From Gemmataceae bacterium (GTDB lineage Bacteria > Planctomycetota > Planctomycetia > Gemmatales > Gemmataceae): a DNA stretch of 32,000 bases. Where the stretch lies: contig DATBGU010000075.1 of NCBI GenBank assembly GCA_036557825.1, forward strand, positions 34,867-66,866, given 5' to 3'. Positions 18,623 to 27,176 of this stretch are shown here, one piece after another (the first letter of the stretch is position 1; each line of letters begins with the position of its first letter). The translations under genes were made by a program, and so were the position numbers. The notes below the pieces were generated by a model. The model worked only from the letters and a program-made list of their open reading frames with translations, had not been told where the DNA came from and made no database searches.

Positions 18623-20751
18623 GGTGTCTCCCGTCGATAGGCCTTCCATTTGTCCCGAAAAGATATAGTCGCCATCGTTCGCAAGACGGAAAAAAACAAT
18701 CGGTGAAATGGCTTGTGAAGCGTGGCCGAGATGGCGTCACAAACCTGCTCGATCTCCGCGTGGGTTATCGAAAGGGGAGGGGTGAACTTCAGCACGTTAG
18801 GTTCGTATTGGCAATAGCCCATAAACACGGGGAATGACGCGTTACGGAGCAGGTCGTAGATATAAAACGATGAAGTCTTTCCCTTTAGCCATCGTAGCAG
18901 CCAATTGTTCGTGTTCAGTTCGATGGCGATCAAGAGTCCGAACACGCGCACGTCACGCACCGCCCTGCACGAAGAAAGCCGATCGGACAAGAGCTTGGCG
19001 AATATCCCGCTGGACTCCGATACCGTCTCGGATAGACCGATTTTTTCAGCTCGTGTCAATGTATTTAGAAGGGTCTTGTAGCCGAACTCGTAATCGCAGC
19101 GCCGGCGCAGTGACCGCGGCAAACAAGATCCTATGGCATCGAGCCGTGTCTGAACGGACTCGGAATAAAGCGTCACGGCGAAGGGAAACATCATGTCGGA
19201 GGTGCCCTTCCCGATCGTCAATAGGTCGGGAGAGACACTCATTTTCGCGGACAAGGTGAAGGGGCCGGTCCGATACATCCCGGTCTGCACTTCGTCCACG
19301 AAAAGCAGATAATTCCGCTCGTGCCGGCGCGACTCCAGATGGCGGACAACTCTTTCCGGGATTGCCCGCACGCCTCCGACGGCCTGGATCAATTCCATCT
19401 GCACGATTCCGATCGGGTAGTTTTCCAGGGCATCGTCAAGGGATTGCAAAGCACCCTTCGCAAACGGGTCAACGTAGACCACTTTTTCGTAAAGTGGGCC
19501 TAGGTGTTTCTTGTAGGATTCTCGGGCGGTGCCGGTGAGCGCCAGCAACGTCTTACCGCCGAAGCCGCCCTTTAGAACCAGGACATATTCTTTAGGGTGC
19601 TGGGCCGCCAAGCCGATCCGAAGGGCGTTTTCCACCGCTGAGGCTCCGCTCACCGCGGGAAGCAGATGCTCCAGTCCTGTCAACTCACGAAGCCGCGCGG
19701 ACACAGCTACGTTGGGATCCGCCACATGATGCAAGTCCGCGAGTTCCCCGATGTAGTTTTCGGGATTGTGCCCGCGCACGCTGCAAGCGACTCCCCCCAC
19801 ACCGTCGAAGATCCGCCGACCTTCGGCGATCACGTAATGCCCGGCGGCCTGCACGTTGAGGGTGTCCAGACCCAAAAGCGAAATGGTTTTCCGCAACGAG
19901 GGATTATACAAGTCGCTAAGCAGCGCCTCGCAAATCGCCGGATTCGTGCGAATGCTTTCTAACTCATGCGCTAAACTCGACAAAAAGTCCGGATCATCTT
20001 TTTCCAGACATTTCAGAAAGTGAAGACTGGAAATCGAGTTTGGCTGATAAGTTGTGGAATGAAAGGTAGCGTTTCGAGAGACATTCCAGTAATCGTACAA
20101 GGTTCTTCGGGCCGCAAAGGCTCCGAATGGAACGTGATGATGCGCGAACGACTCGTCGAAAACAACGACATCTGGAGCCAGCCGCTTCCAGAGCGTGGAG
20201 GCCGACCCTCGACAGTGATTCAGGGTGGGACGGTCCACACAGACGATTCGGACGAGCGACTGTCGCTCAATGAATTCCAGAATGTCGCCTACATTCTTGT
20301 ATGACTCCAGGGCGGGCGAGAGGACCAGCACGACGAACCCAAAGCGATCCTCTGGCCCGAAAGCCACGCCGCGCTCAATCTCTTCCCGCTCAAGGACTTT
20401 CAGGCTCGGTACAAACTCGATGCGAGATTCGCCACCGATCGTGACGGAGACGAACGGTCCAAGCTGCCCGTTGCAATCGAGGACGAGGCCTTTCTGCGGT
20501 CGTTTTTCAACGCCCGCGGCATAGCGAGCCAGTTTGATCGCGCCGCTAAGGGCTTCATCGAAGCTATTGGCAAGAAAGCTCTGATAGGGGGGCTTTTCCG
20601 GATTACGAGAGTGCCAGGTCTCCTGGATGTACCGGTTCAGGCAGAAACACGCTTCAACGACGTGCGGGTTCAAATGGAGGCGGAATAGGTTCGGCGTTCG
20701 CCGCGCGACCAGTTCGTCACAGGTGTCCAGGAATGGGTGGCGAGTATTCAT
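18619..20751 (-). CDS. Class III (PLP-dependent) aminotransferase with degenerate N-terminal aminotransferase-like region
   Basis: LLFVDEVQTGMYRTGPFTLSAKMSVSPDLLTIGKGTSDMMFPFAV retains the DEVQTG and PLP Lys region; VSGASAVENALRIG binding motif; N-terminal PDVVVFDESFAHHHVPFGAFAARR...FHSTTYQPNSISSLHFLKCLE resembles another aminotransferase segment. Confidence 0.88.
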   Translation of the reverse strand: MNTRHPFLDTCDELVARRTPNLFRLHLNPHVVEACFCLNRYIQETWHSRNPEKPPYQSFLANSFDEALSGAIKLARYAAGVEKRPQKGLVLDCNGQLGPFVSVTIGGESRIEFVPSLKVLEREEIERGVAFGPEDRFGFVVLVLSPALESYKNVGDILEFIERQSLVRIVCVDRPTLNHCRGSASTLWKRLAPDVVVFDESFAHHHVPFGAFAARRTLYDYWNVSRNATFHSTTYQPNSISSLHFLKCLEKDDPDFLSSLAHELESIRTNPAICEALLSDLYNPSLRKTISLLGLDTLNVQAAGHYVIAEGRRIFDGVGGVACSVRGHNPENYIGELADLHHVADPNVAVSARLRELTGLEHLLPAVSGASAVENALRIGLAAQHPKEYVLVLKGGFGGKTLLALTGTARESYKKHLGPLYEKVVYVDPFAKGALQSLDDALENYPIGIVQMELIQAVGGVRAIPERVVRHLESRRHERNYLLFVDEVQTGMYRTGPFTLSAKMSVSPDLLTIGKGTSDMMFPFAVTLYSESVQTRLDAIGSCLPRSLRRRCDYEFGYKTLLNTLTRAEKIGLSETVSESSGIFAKLLSDRLSSCRAVRDVRVFGLLIAIELNTNNWLLRWLKGKTSSFYIYDLLRNASFPVFMGYCQYEPNVLKFTPPLSITHAEIEQVCDAISATLHKPFHRLFFSVLRTMATISFRDKWKAYRRETP

Positions 20752-20757
20752 GACGGT

Positions 20758-22536
20758 TCACATACTGTGTTTTCCGGGATTCATCCGGGCCGCACGAAAA
20801 GTCTGTTTCACATAGGACTCGAAGGCTCGCTTGTGTTTTTTAAGCATAAACAGGTCCACGGATACACAGTCTTGTTCCCGAAAGGGAGAGTTGGGAAACC
20901 CGTCGCGCCGTATGTATCGAACCTGAATTTTGGACAAAGGCAAAGCGTCATGTGTCTTCCAAAACATTGCAAAGTCGTCTTCGGGCAAAAACAGCTCAAC
21001 GTGGTGAGCGAACCGGCGAGTCAGGCCATGGAACAGTGCCGACGTGATCGGATTGGATTCCAGCCGATCCCACAAGCTGCCCAGTCTGTCTCGCGGTAGT
21101 TCTAGGGGCACCGAGTCACCGTCGGGCGGGCTCATGTAATACTGGTATACCCTCACTTCAGTAGAAGCCACCCCGGCTTTGCGTAACTCGATGTTCGCGG
21201 CCCTGTGGTCCTTGAACAAGGCCAGGATCTGCTGGCTCGACGGATTTGCCATCGTCCGCATTATTCTGAAATAGCGTGTTTTGTCTCTGATTTTTAGAGT
21301 GAGTTGTAACAAAAGTACATCGGTCGATAAGTTATACATATAGCGGGCAAAGGTGGGATCCTGTCGAGATGCAACGAAGAATTGATCATCAATTGGATCG
21401 TAGAGACATACTTTTTCAATTGTCTCGGCCAAGGTGCAATACTTACTGGCCGACCCATGAATGGGGATAAAATAGGACGTCCCAATGCTGACGTATGAAT
21501 AATTGGGTACGACATGCAATTCTTTATTATTCGTTGCCAGCAAGCTCATAGCTTCCCGAACGGTGACGCCTCCATCGAACCGGGCAAGGTCATCCCAAAG
21601 TCGAACCCCATGGTTGCAACCTGCGGTTGAGAGAATTGTCTTGCCTGGATGACGCTGGCCAAAATGGGTAACGCCGTTGTTATAGCCAACAATTTTAACA
21701 TGTCGATAATTATATTTGTTGTATAGTACAAGTAGATCTCGAACCGTGGTTGGTCGCAGTGTGTCGAAACTCCACATTCGCATTTCGGGGAACAGTTTAA
21801 CGACTAAGCCAAACAACAGGCCGGCGACCTGTCCCAGCAACAATCGCAGCAAGAGAGTGGTCACTCGGACAACTACTGACAACGGTCGGCCCTCGCTCTT
21901 TTTCGCGAGCAGATGTGTCCACGGCCGATTAGGTCCAAGCAGGGTGAAAACCCGATGTCTTCGGAAGTTTGTGGATTTCAACTCCCCTTCAACAGCCGCG
22001 AACAACTCGTCGCCTTCCACACAGCAACCTTTGAAGCGCTCCGGCACAACCTGTGAGAGGAATCGCAACATCCCAATACGCGCGCTCAATACCGAGCAAG
22101 GGCTGTTGATGGGTGCGGGGCGAAACACCACGACTCGGCCTGGCAACCCTCGCAAGCATTTGACGGCCCATTCTTCGGTTTGTGTCGCACGTCGATCGCC
22201 GAAATGAACACGCAATGAACTGATGAGGCACACACATTCGGCGCTCTTCTTCCTCGCGATCTCGGAGACTGTCTCAAGCAGCTTGCGGTTGCAGGCTGTC
22301 AGCTTGCGGTTCAGAAAAACGACCACACCGGCGAGAGAGTCGCATGAGTGTGTCTCCAGATACTCTGACGAATCAAAATGCTCGATCGGATGCATGTCCA
22401 CAGTTTTATTGATTCCGCCACAAATATCGGAAGTTGTAACCACCGACAGCCGACGCCCCTCCACCCGACTCGCGAATGCGGCGTAATCGGCGATTGCCGG
22501 GTTGTTCGCGCCCGCGATCAGCAGCACTTTGTCCAC
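20758..22536 (-). CDS. NAD(P)-binding-like domain fused to FAD-linked oxidoreductase (FAD_binding_4/PCMH-like)
   Basis: N-terminal Rossmann-like region VDKVLLIAGANNPAIADYAAF; C-terminal HVKIVGYNNGVTHFGQRHPGKTILSTAGCNHGVRLWDD...GGVTVREAMSLLATNNKELHVVPNYSYVSIGTSYFIPIHGSA. ORF track starts at TTG 22554; GTG 22536 with GGAG upstream looks more likely. Confidence 0.78.
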   Translation of the reverse strand: MDKVLLIAGANNPAIADYAAFASRVEGRRLSVVTTSDICGGINKTVDMHPIEHFDSSEYLETHSCDSLAGVVVFLNRKLTACNRKLLETVSEIARKKSAECVCLISSLRVHFGDRRATQTEEWAVKCLRGLPGRVVVFRPAPINSPCSVLSARIGMLRFLSQVVPERFKGCCVEGDELFAAVEGELKSTNFRRHRVFTLLGPNRPWTHLLAKKSEGRPLSVVVRVTTLLLRLLLGQVAGLLFGLVVKLFPEMRMWSFDTLRPTTVRDLLVLYNKYNYRHVKIVGYNNGVTHFGQRHPGKTILSTAGCNHGVRLWDDLARFDGGVTVREAMSLLATNNKELHVVPNYSYVSIGTSYFIPIHGSASKYCTLAETIEKVCLYDPIDDQFFVASRQDPTFARYMYNLSTDVLLLQLTLKIRDKTRYFRIMRTMANPSSQQILALFKDHRAANIELRKAGVASTEVRVYQYYMSPPDGDSVPLELPRDRLGSLWDRLESNPITSALFHGLTRRFAHHVELFLPEDDFAMFWKTHDALPLSKIQVRYIRRDGFPNSPFREQDCVSVDLFMLKKHKRAFESYVKQTFRAARMNPGKHSM

Positions 22537-22557
22537 AGTCTTTCTCCGACTCAAGAT

Positions 22558-23439
22558 TCAACCAGGGACCGAAAAAACTGGTTGGCCGTAATGGACTTTT
22601 TCATTTGTGCCGAGATGGGTTATCAACCGGTCGGCTGACTGAACGATCAGAATGGCTGTAGAACCGAGTTCAAACGTCGCGATCCAATCTCCTTTTTGTA
22701 CTTGCAAACCCGGGTCATGCTTGAAGCTGGTCATTCTCTGTAGCCGCGGTCGAAAATGCCGACCTCGGGGGAAGGTGATATTGCCGACCCCCCACCCCGC
22801 CACCAATATGAGAAAGCACCTTCCGAGTCTGCTGGACAGGCTCAATATCACTCGCTCATTCAGCGAGAAGACTGGGTACTTTGGCGTATGATACGTTGGG
22901 TGGACGAGCAGTCGATAGCCCGGTACGTGCACGATTGTCTCGATCACTCCGTCTTGAGGGCTAAAAATGCGGTGACAATCGCTGGGCGACAAAAAAATTA
23001 TCGCGTAATGACCATTGTGAATCGGATGCGTGTCTATCCCGGCCAGCAAGGAGCCAACGCTGTACTCGACTCCCTTGACCGTCAGGATTTTTTCTTCCTT
23101 GATCTCGCCCATCTCCTGCACCGTGCCGTCGCACGGGCAGAGGAACTGGTTTGTCAAGGGTGAGATCGGCCTTAGTTCCCGCCGCACACCTCGCGTGAAC
23201 AAGGCGTTGAACGATGGATACGCCCACAGTGGTTGTTCCAGTTCCGACTCGTCCAGGGCGGCGTATTTCCTGCCGTAGATGGTCCGATAGAGCCGAACGC
23301 GCAGTCGCTTGGAGGGGATTCTTACGCGGGACAGCCGGACAGCCAACGCAGCCACGCAGGCGTTCAGAACTCCCCCGTGGATTGCCGACGCTTGTCGGCA
23401 CTGCTCCAGTCGAGTCTCGAAAGCCCGGGCATTCCTCAT
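22558..23439 (-). CDS. psd: Phosphatidylserine decarboxylase-family protein
   Basis: FNALFTRGVRRELRPI, CPCDGTVQEMG, SVGSLLAG, YAIIFLSPSDCHRIFSPQDG, C-terminal FELGSTAIL (LGST self-cleavage motif). ATG 23439 has AGGAGGGG upstream. Confidence 0.88.
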   Translation of the reverse strand: MRNARAFETRLEQCRQASAIHGGVLNACVAALAVRLSRVRIPSKRLRVRLYRTIYGRKYAALDESELEQPLWAYPSFNALFTRGVRRELRPISPLTNQFLCPCDGTVQEMGEIKEEKILTVKGVEYSVGSLLAGIDTHPIHNGHYAIIFLSPSDCHRIFSPQDGVIETIVHVPGYRLLVHPTYHTPKYPVFSLNERVILSLSSRLGRCFLILVAGWGVGNITFPRGRHFRPRLQRMTSFKHDPGLQVQKGDWIATFELGSTAILIVQSADRLITHLGTNEKVHYGQPVFSVPG

Positions 23440-23453
23440 CGGCTCGTCCCCTC

Positions 23454-24953
23454 CTATATTTCGCGGTTGACAACATCCGCGACGCGCAGTGCGTTCGCGA
23501 TAATGGTCAGCGCGGGACCAACCCCCAGCGAGGTCGGGAAGAAACTGCCATCCACGACGAACACGTTCGGGTGACCGAACAACCGGCACTCCGGGTCGGC
23601 CGCGGCGTGAAGCGGGTCTATGCCGAAGCGCACGGTGCCACACTGATGGGCGACGTGCTCGCTGGAAGGAAACGATTTGGCCAAGCAGACCAAAGCCCCC
23701 GCGTTTCGCAGGATGCGCCTCATGTAACGACTTAATCTCCTGCCGCGCTCCAGATCATAGCGGGAGAATTTGTGAGTTAGTTCGGGCAGTCTGTCCGCAC
23801 CGAGGCACACTCGGTTCGCCGGGTTCGGCAGATCCTCGACGATCCCCGTCAACGGCAACATGCGATGCCGCAGAAACTGGATCGCGCTCCGCGGCAGGCG
23901 TCCGGCGGTCATTTTGCGCATCAGCAGTGGTCCGGGGACCGGAAGGGACTGCACGATCCCCATTTTGTGCGGATAGCGCGGCGTGCCGAAGTAGTAATCC
24001 GCGAAGCAGACCTCTTTGATATACGTCTCGTCCCCTCCCGTCCGTTTGTAAAACAAGCCAATAACGATCGGCGAGAGATGCATCATATAGTTTCGGCCGA
24101 TCCAACGTCCCTCCACCCCCGATCGCAATAGAAGCGCCGGTGAAGCCAAGGCCCCCGCCGCAAGCGCATATCGCTTCGCTCGGAACTCCGAGCGCTGTCC
24201 CGTGGAACGATCCAGAACGCGAACGCCAGCGATATGGCCTATCGCGTCGAGGGAAAAGCGTTCAACCTCAACGCCAGTGAACACATCCAGAGGAAGTCTC
24301 TCCTCCATGCCTCGCTCGACGAGTTGGGCGGAGGAGCGGCGAGCCCCGTTGATGCACACATATCCGGGGCAGGACGAGCACTGTAAACAGCGGCCGAAAT
24401 CAATCGCCAGCGGCAGGCGGAACGGCCGTAGTCCCCGCGCCCGGTTGGCGGCAATCAGCTGCTGATTGATCGTTTTGGGTGGGAGGAGCCTGGAGGGAAA
24501 CCCGCGTTGAGGCCGCTGGAGAGGCCCGAAGTCGTCGTCGGCGCAGCCGGAGACGCCATAGAGTGCTTCCGCCTCTGTGTAATATGGCTCCAGTGTTTTG
24601 TAGTCGATCGGCCAGTCCCAGATCGCCTTTGGGATGCGCACGCCGTAGGACGCGCCGGGATGAAAGTCCTCTTCGCTTGGCCGCATCAGTGCCGCCCCAT
24701 ACAGCGATGTTCCTCCGCCGAAAATGCCTCCCATATACAGCTGACGCTTTGAGCCGTTTACACGAACCGGCCGGTCATCGTACGGTTTCTTGTCCATCAA
24801 CATGGCTTGCTCGTCGTGAACCGGCTTCTCCAAGGTCGATTTGCGCCCCTTCTCCAGCAGGAGCACTTGTTTCCCGGCTCGCGCGCAAGCGTAAGCGAAA
24901 GTTCCACCTCCCGCTCCACTGCCGATCACGATAACATCATAATCGCAGAGCAT
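23454..24953 (-). CDS. GMC-family FAD-dependent oxidoreductase
   Basis: YDVIVIGSGAGGGTFAYACARAGKQVLLLEKG; GGGTSLYG; RYALAAGALASPALLLRSG; C-terminal NVFVVDGSFFPTSLGVGPALTIIANALRVAD. Confidence 0.92.
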   Translation of the reverse strand: MLCDYDVIVIGSGAGGGTFAYACARAGKQVLLLEKGRKSTLEKPVHDEQAMLMDKKPYDDRPVRVNGSKRQLYMGGIFGGGTSLYGAALMRPSEEDFHPGASYGVRIPKAIWDWPIDYKTLEPYYTEAEALYGVSGCADDDFGPLQRPQRGFPSRLLPPKTINQQLIAANRARGLRPFRLPLAIDFGRCLQCSSCPGYVCINGARRSSAQLVERGMEERLPLDVFTGVEVERFSLDAIGHIAGVRVLDRSTGQRSEFRAKRYALAAGALASPALLLRSGVEGRWIGRNYMMHLSPIVIGLFYKRTGGDETYIKEVCFADYYFGTPRYPHKMGIVQSLPVPGPLLMRKMTAGRLPRSAIQFLRHRMLPLTGIVEDLPNPANRVCLGADRLPELTHKFSRYDLERGRRLSRYMRRILRNAGALVCLAKSFPSSEHVAHQCGTVRFGIDPLHAAADPECRLFGHPNVFVVDGSFFPTSLGVGPALTIIANALRVADVVNREI

Positions 24954-25440
24954 TGGACCTCTGGAACGTGAATGCGATGCGCCTGGAACACGCACGTCAT
25001 CTTTGCCTTAACATGACGAGCAATTGGTTGTTATCAACTCGATACCATCATCGTTCCATCATCAAATCTTTTCCTACGCGCTCCCCGCGCGTTGACGTGC
25101 TCAAGATCTTCTCAAGAGCACGGTACATCTCTTCCTGAAATGTCACTCGGTTTTTTGAAAAACCATGATCAAGGGTGGCTGTGACATTTGCCACGCTTCA
25201 CGCCTCGTTCAACCTAAATCCAGTGCAACACCACGTCAAGACAAGTGCGATAAAACTCATCGAGGTTTCACCGCTTCTCAACGCATTTTATATCCCTTAC
25301 TCCAGGAGCGGAGGCGGACAATTGAAGCCGTGTATACAGTCCTTGTGAAACCTTCACTTGACCTTGTGAGAACCTACACAAGTATTTGATAGGGTTTTCG
25401 AGGCGGAAACTCCCAGACATCCTGTAAGGGAGCGAAAGCG
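24954..25440. promoter_or_regulatory. Divergent intergenic region, expected to carry promoters for both flanking units
   Basis: About 490 bp without a convincing CDS between a minus-strand operon head and a plus-strand gene; exact promoters not resolved. Confidence 0.4.
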
Positions 25441-26187
25441 ATGGAGTTGTTTGACGCAATCATCCTCTCGGACATCCATCTGGGCAGCAACAACTGTCAG
25501 GCGAAGAACCTGTGTCGCTTCCTGGAGATGATCCACGACGAAGAAATCGCCACAAACCGCCTCATTTTGAACGGCGACGTCTTCGATTCGATCGACTTCC
25601 GACGCCTGAGCAAGTCCCATTGGAAAGTTCTCTCCCTGATCCGCAAACTGTCGGATCGTCTCGATATTATCTGGATATCCGGCAACCACGACGGTTCCTC
25701 CGATATCATCTCACATCTTCTCGGCGTCACGGTGAAAGATGAGTACGTCCTGCGGAGTGGTGAGCGGGATGTTTTGTTTCTTCACGGCCATGTTTTCGAC
25801 TATTTCCTCGACGCCCATCCGATCCTGACCTGGATTGGAGATTGTGTTTACTTGCTCCTCCAATGGATCGACCAAACGCATTACTTTGCCAAGCTGGCGA
25901 AGAGAGGCAGCAAGACTTTTCTGCGCTGCGCCCAGAAGATCGAGGAGGGGGCGATCGATCGTGCGCGCAAGAAGGGCTGTCAGATCGTTTGCTGCGGCCA
26001 CACGCATCACTCGATCGCGAAGCGACAATCGCCGATCGCCTACTACAATAGTGGCTGCTGGACGGAACTTCCCTGCACCTATTTGACCTTGCGAGATGGA
26101 CGTGTCGAACTGCACACGTTCAAAACGCACAAAGTCGAGGAGCAACCTGTCGAGCCGTTGCCGTCCCTCGCGGTCCAACCGGGGTGA
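25441..26187 (+). CDS. Calcineurin-like metallophosphoesterase, LpxH (UDP-2,3-diacylglucosamine diphosphatase)-like
   Basis: IILSDIHLGS, LILNGDVFDSIDF, IWISGNHD, LFLHGHVFD, VCCGHTHHSI metal-binding motifs. Confidence 0.88.
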   Translation: MELFDAIILSDIHLGSNNCQAKNLCRFLEMIHDEEIATNRLILNGDVFDSIDFRRLSKSHWKVLSLIRKLSDRLDIIWISGNHDGSSDIISHLLGVTVKDEYVLRSGERDVLFLHGHVFDYFLDAHPILTWIGDCVYLLLQWIDQTHYFAKLAKRGSKTFLRCAQKIEEGAIDRARKKGCQIVCCGHTHHSIAKRQSPIAYYNSGCWTELPCTYLTLRDGRVELHTFKTHKVEEQPVEPLPSLAVQPG

Positions 26188-26360
26188 GCGAGAAAGGTTC
26201 GTCGCTCACCGCAGCTGATCTGTGGATTCAGCTGTCAACTCCGCATCAACGCCCACCAATCCGTCTGGCGATCGTCGCGCGGGATTGGCGGATATCGCTC
26301 CATTTCGTACCTTACCGATGGATTCGACATCCTCCCACCTACCGCAACAGGAGCGAACTC

Positions 26361-27074
26361 ATGTCCTGCCGACCCCTCGTCGTCTTGCTCGCCTCCGCCC
26401 TGGCCGCCGTCTTCGTTATCCTGCCCGCCGCGACGGGCGCGGAGGCCGAACCCGTCGCCCTGAAAAAAGGCGACCGCATCGTCTTTCTGGGCGACTCCAT
26501 CACCGAGGCCGGCGTCCGAGCTAAAGGGTACATCACCCTGGTCAAAAAGGCTCTGGGGGAGAAGAGAAAGGATCTCGGCGTCGAGATCCTCGGCGCCGGC
26601 GTCAGCGGCAACAAGGTGCCCGATTTACAGCGTCGGCTCGATCGGGACGTGCTGGCCAAGAAGCCTACTCTTGTGGTGATCTACATCGGTATCAACGATG
26701 TCTGGCACGGCGAGAAGGATCCGGCCCGCGGCACTCCCAAGGACAAGTTCGAGGCGTGCCTCAAGGACATCATCGGCAAGATCAAGGGCACGGGGGCGCG
26801 CGTCCTCCTCTGCACGCCCAGCGTCATCGGCGAGAAACCGGATGGCTCCAACAAGCTCGACTCCCGCCTCGACGAATACGCCGCCGTCAGCCGCGAGGTG
26901 GCGCGCGAGGAGAAGGTGCCGCTGTGCGACCTGCGGAAAGAGTTCGTGGACTATCTCAAGAAGCACAATACCGAGAAGAAAGAGCGTGGAGTTCTGACCA
27001 CGGACGGCGTCCACCTCAACGAAGCAGGCGATCGCTTCGTGGCCGGCCTTATGCTCAAGGCTCTCGGCGAGTAG
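26361..27074 (+). CDS. Secreted SGNH/GDSL-type hydrolase
   Basis: Signal peptide from MSCRPLVVLLASALAAVFVILPAATGAEA; RIVFLGDSITEAG, VVIYIGINDVWHG, TTDGVHLNEAG. ATG at 26361 preceded by AACAGGAG. Confidence 0.9.
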   Translation: MSCRPLVVLLASALAAVFVILPAATGAEAEPVALKKGDRIVFLGDSITEAGVRAKGYITLVKKALGEKRKDLGVEILGAGVSGNKVPDLQRRLDRDVLAKKPTLVVIYIGINDVWHGEKDPARGTPKDKFEACLKDIIGKIKGTGARVLLCTPSVIGEKPDGSNKLDSRLDEYAAVSREVAREEKVPLCDLRKEFVDYLKKHNTEKKERGVLTTDGVHLNEAGDRFVAGLMLKALGE

Positions 27075-27176
27075 TCGGCCGGCCTTTCTTGTGTTCCGCC
27101 CGTCCTCCCAGGCGCGACACCAGGGAATCGGTAAACGTGTGGCTTGCCAGGGGCTTCGACCGAGTTTCGAGCGGCG

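Noticed and set aside
24954-25440. Short ORFs (24953..25138, 25165..25389) and specific -35/-10 calls in the divergent region
   Set aside because: No domain or RBS support for the ORFs; promoter-like hexamers have poor spacing, so only the region is reported.
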